A DNA stretch of 12,157 nt from Selaginella moellendorffii (lineage: Eukaryota > Plantae > Lycopodiophyta), in the NCBI RefSeq assembly GCF_000143415.4, contig NW_003314448.1:90970-103126 (forward strand), in the 5' to 3' direction. A model generated the notes under the pieces. It searched no databases, was not told the origin of the DNA, and saw nothing but the letters and a program-made list of their open reading frames with translations. Shown piece after piece: positions 8,511-12,157 of the stretch. Both the position numbers and the translations under genes were made by a program. The stretch's first letter is position 1. Each line of letters begins with the position of its first letter.

Positions 8511-8648
8511 TTAGGAGTTTACTATGGCGTAACTTCATTTTGCCTAAGCTTTCTTCTTTTGCTCTATTTGCTGAAGTTATGCCAAAGGAGAAAAACCCAG
8601 TTTAGGCAATGCTTATCATAGACAAACAATAATTAGTTAGGAATGGTT
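8095..8648. repeat. inverted repeat pair 8095-8165 / 8578-8648
   Basis: AACCATTCATAACTAATT...CATTTGGCATA is the reverse complement of TATGCCAAAGGAG...AATTAGTTAGGAATGGTT with few mismatches. Confidence 0.9.
8462..8569. repeat. hairpin with 49-bp arms and a 10-nt loop
   Basis: Arms 8462-8510 and 8521-8569 differ at 4 of 49 positions, two of which would be G-U pairs in a + strand RNA. The loop is TTAGGAGTTT. Confidence 0.95.
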
Positions 8649-9055
8649 ATAAAATCATGTAGTATATAAATAACATTTTGATGTGCTAAAAAACAACCCC
8701 AACTCACTATTGTATGCATTTGCATTGAATTATCAGAGTTACAAAAGTGACATATGCTTATCCTTACTCACGCCTTTGAGGTTTGAGGGTGAGTTCCATT
8801 ATATTCTTCTCTCTTCTTCTTCTATATTCTTGTTTTTGTTTGTTTGTCATTATTTTGCATACAAAGGTGAAAATGCGAGTATAGGTAGAAAAAGCCTTAC
8901 TCATTTTTGGAGACTATGGTGGGATAAACTGTCACTCTTTAGCTTGAAAAACAGCCGAAAGAAAATCACTTGTGAATTCTAAACATGTTTAGCATTAAAA
9001 ATCACAAATAGATCTCTTTAGTGATTGTAGAGGCTCTAAGCTTAGACAACACTGA

Positions 9056-9760
9056 ATGAAGAAGTTTTTGTTGCAATTGCAGTGGCTTAGTGCCAAGATA
9101 ATGCAAGAAAAATAGTTTTTAACTATCATCAAAGCCATAGAGCATAGGACAAGTTTGAAATTCATATATTGCCAAGAAACTCAAGTTTAAATTGCTTTGC
9201 CAACAATTTTTTGAGAAAAATCCAAAAAAAGAAGGAATGGAATTTATTTGATGTGGAAAACACAATCAACTATTCTAGAATTCTTTCTTTCTGAGCAAGT
9301 TTTCACATGGGTTTTTAGAGGATACATTTTTCAGTAGCGTGTCATAAATTTTCTAGGCATACACAAGTAAAAAAATTGGGCATTTGTAACTCTTGTCTTT
9401 GACTTCAGCTTAAAGAGAATTAAATATAATTTTAGTGAAGAATAAATTAAGGAATTATTCACCCTAATTTTACAAGGCTTTAACAAAGGTAAAATCATAA
9501 TTAGAATATTATGTTGTCTCAAGGCTTTGATCCAAGGTCTTTTAGATTGGACTACTACTTAGACATAGTTTAAGAGTAGATTTGTCCCAAGTTTAAGTCT
9601 CCTACACATATTGCAAGAGCCTATGAGACTCAAATAAAACTCATAAGTCAAAAATTTGAAAACAGTTATTACGAATCACTTTAACTGTTCAAACCGCTCT
9701 AGGCTTAGTACACCAAGGCTCATCTTTTATAAATAGAGAGCTTATAAACACTGCTCAATG
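9056..9760 (+). pseudogene. possible ancient LINE ORF2 endonuclease relic
   Basis: Degraded motifs appear in the expected order across frameshifts: MKKF..CNCSGL (cf. MKxxSWNCRGL), HIL-QETQ (cf. LQETK), RNGIYL, RELNII..KNKLR (cf. GDFN...DKxG), RVD and NHF (cf. SDH). The signal is weak and may be over-fitted. Confidence 0.3.
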
Positions 9761-10088
9761 TGAAAGGTGTCACTCTCTTATAGAGTTTGAGAGCATTCAC
9801 ATCACATATAACCTAATAAGGAGGAATCAAGGGCAATTAAAGAGGTATATGCATTTTGCACCGTGATTTTCACACAAAGGCATTTCCTGAGTTAGACATT
9901 GAGATCAAGATTTCTCTCAGTCAAAATTCCTAACTTGGATGATTGGGCATGTAGTGGTTATATAGGCTGGTGATAGCATGCCAAACCTATCCCCTTTCTA
10001 TCTTTTTATATCCTTGGCCATAATAACATACACTCCACTTACTCAACGTCTACTCTTCTCTTCTATGCCTATCTTACTCACTGCCTTC

Positions 10089-12157
10089 TGAGGATCAAGG
10101 CTGTGAGATGTGCATCAATCTCAGCATCAACATCTTTGCAACAATATATGACTAAGTATTTCTTTCCTTTTTATGTTTGGATTTAGTTTAGATTTGAGAG
10201 GATCCACAAAATCATTGTAGAGGTGATTTTGTAGTTCTCCACTTTGGTGACTACGGTGGGATAGATGAAGGGAAGAGTACCCAAAGAACAAAGATTGGAA
10301 GCCTTGGCCACAACTAAAAGAAGAAGCTAAAGTCAAGAATCAAGGAAAAAATTGAGAAAAATAAAAAAAAGGACAAAAAGAAGAAAAGAAAATGAAAAAG
10401 AAGAAAACCGACAAAAATCTACAGCAAGAAGTATGGCAATCATGCTAGAGACTAAGCACTTGAAGATTACAATCATCTAGTGATCGCCCACTTCTCATAA
10501 AGTCCAAGCATCTTCCATAACTGCCTCTTGGCGAAAGGTTGAAGACAAAGAATATTCTGCATGTCAGAATATTTGAAGAATCTCCGACAAGAAATCAGAG
10601 CAAGCAAGTGTTAACGAGCATGAAAACATGAAGAACACTTGAAGATTGAAGCCACCCAAGTCGTGGAAAACTTGGAGTGTGAGTGTAATCGTTTTTAGTG
10701 AGAAGTTGAAGAAAACAAATATTTCAAGAATCTGCGACAAAGAAATGACCAGAGAAAAATTCTAGCAGCTGGTAATGGAGGAAAAATGAAAAAGCACAAT
10801 TGCCCATTTGGAGACACAAGCTATACAAATATGAAGATTGCCTTTTGTATGGTTTCAGAAATTGTGCAAAACCATACAAGCAATGTTATCCAAAATGGCG
10901 ATGCAATACTTGCAAGCAAGCGAAAACAAGACTCTAAATCAGGGATGAAAATGCCATAGTAGAAGAAAGAAAGAAATAAGAAGAAATAACCCAAGAAAAC
11001 GACACCAACAAGAGTAATGATAGTTTAGAAAAGAAATGAAACAAAGCTTTGGTTACTTTCAAAAACTTCAAGAAACACTTTTGCAACTCTTTTACAAATT
11101 GACTAGCAAATAGAAAGAATGTGAAAATGAGGAAATGTTGAAAGAAAAATATGTTTACTTTGATTTCTTTACAACTCGAAGAACCCTAACTTGGGTGTAT
11201 CACGGACACATCTTTCAACAAACAATTATCGAATTCCTAGGCATACATAAATATGAAACTTTTCAACTATTAACACTTGTTTTCAACACTGATTTGACGA
11301 GAGTTTTAGCAGCAACAGAGTGTGGAACCTTTGAACCACAAGTTCATTGGTTTATCAAGAACAAGAACAAGGCAATCAACAATCAAGAACAAGGCAATCA
11401 ACAAATTTGAATTGGGAATTTAAGTTCAACAAACCGACAGGAACCTGAACTTGTGACAAGTTCAAGGGAACATCTTGAAAGCTCAAGGATTACAAATCAA
11501 AGGAGGAAAATTTTAAGACGGAATCACAATGGACCAAGATTAAATACAGTAACAAACTTCAATTTTGACACTGAGGTCCAATGTCGAAACCCCAGCTTAG
11601 AAATACATATCACTCGCAACCAATAAAGAAGAGTGCATCTAAGAAATCTCAACATTTTAAGGAGTTGTTGCGAATGTGACTTTAGGTATCGAAAGTTACC
11701 TGTCGACTAGTCCTTACGGACACTCTTACCTTATTGCCACGATGGCAGGAGGTCGGTATTGCTAGACCCTTTATCAGCCCCTTTTGTTCAAGTGTTAGTA
11801 AATTGGACTTTGCATCTGTATTTGGCCGGATGAGCATAAAGACGGAATTCCTAAGTGTTTATTTAGCCAAGCATACTTGGCCTGGCTTTTTAGTTCTCTT
11901 TTGCTCTGTCTTGCACTGGCTTGACATGAACCCTTGCGTATTGAGATTGGTCCCTCAATATCGCTACATGATAGCTTACTGTGTCTGCCAAACACCCTCG
12001 CTATCATGCCCTTTGTATTGGTCTTATTTCGGTCCTAAATGCTATTTGTGGAAAGTGTCCAGATTTGCTCATTTGGCATATCTACGGAATGTAGAGATCA
12101 TCCTGAACACAATAGTGTTCGTCCCGTGTCCAAATTCGCAATCTAGGGACATTCCAG
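10089..12157 (+). mobile_element. family A LTR-like repeat, copy 2, running off the right edge
   Basis: Starts with TG at 10089. It is an inverted homolog of 4979 down to 2097 without the solo LTR and with about 890 bp extra (about 10773-11660). The strand shown is relative only; true orientation is unknown. Confidence 0.8.

Noticed and set aside
8860-9000. Minus-strand TIVSKNE*GF resembling a LINE RT motif
   Set aside because: It is an isolated weak match without the preceding RPISL-type motif.
2078-12157. The two family A copies as inverted termini of one DIRS-like or TIR element enclosing RT-RH
   Set aside because: The sharp TG boundaries face inward, copy 1 cuts RNase H mid-domain, the copies are clearly diverged, and no tyrosine recombinase or transposase is seen.

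Overview
This is eukaryotic, most likely plant, repeat-rich DNA made almost entirely of nested and decayed retroelements; no intact host gene is visible. From left to right: (1) the 5' part of a minus-strand Ty3/gypsy LTR retrotransposon, with a ~412-bp LTR at 1666-2077, a tRNA-iMet-type PBS, and a single gag-CCHC-protease frame broken by three stops; (2) an older LTR-like repeat ('family A', 2078-4979) that carries a 1741-bp TG...CA solo LTR (2617-4357) with a degenerate 5-bp TSD and an internal hexamer/12-mer tandem array; (3) a deletion-riddled gypsy RT-RNase H relic with an integrase fragment lying upstream of it, which is not the gypsy domain order; (4) an AT-rich zone with a duplicated and inverted module, a 49-bp hairpin whose loop is flipped between copies, and possibly two very old LINE endonuclease relics; (5) a second, inverted and uninterrupted copy of family A (10089 to the window end) that serves as the empty-site reference for the solo LTR. 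I found no convincing new functional system. The most notable items are the INT-before-RT junction, a 20-bp motif shared by two otherwise different LTRs, and the hairpin-loop inversion. All alignments and translations were done by eye.
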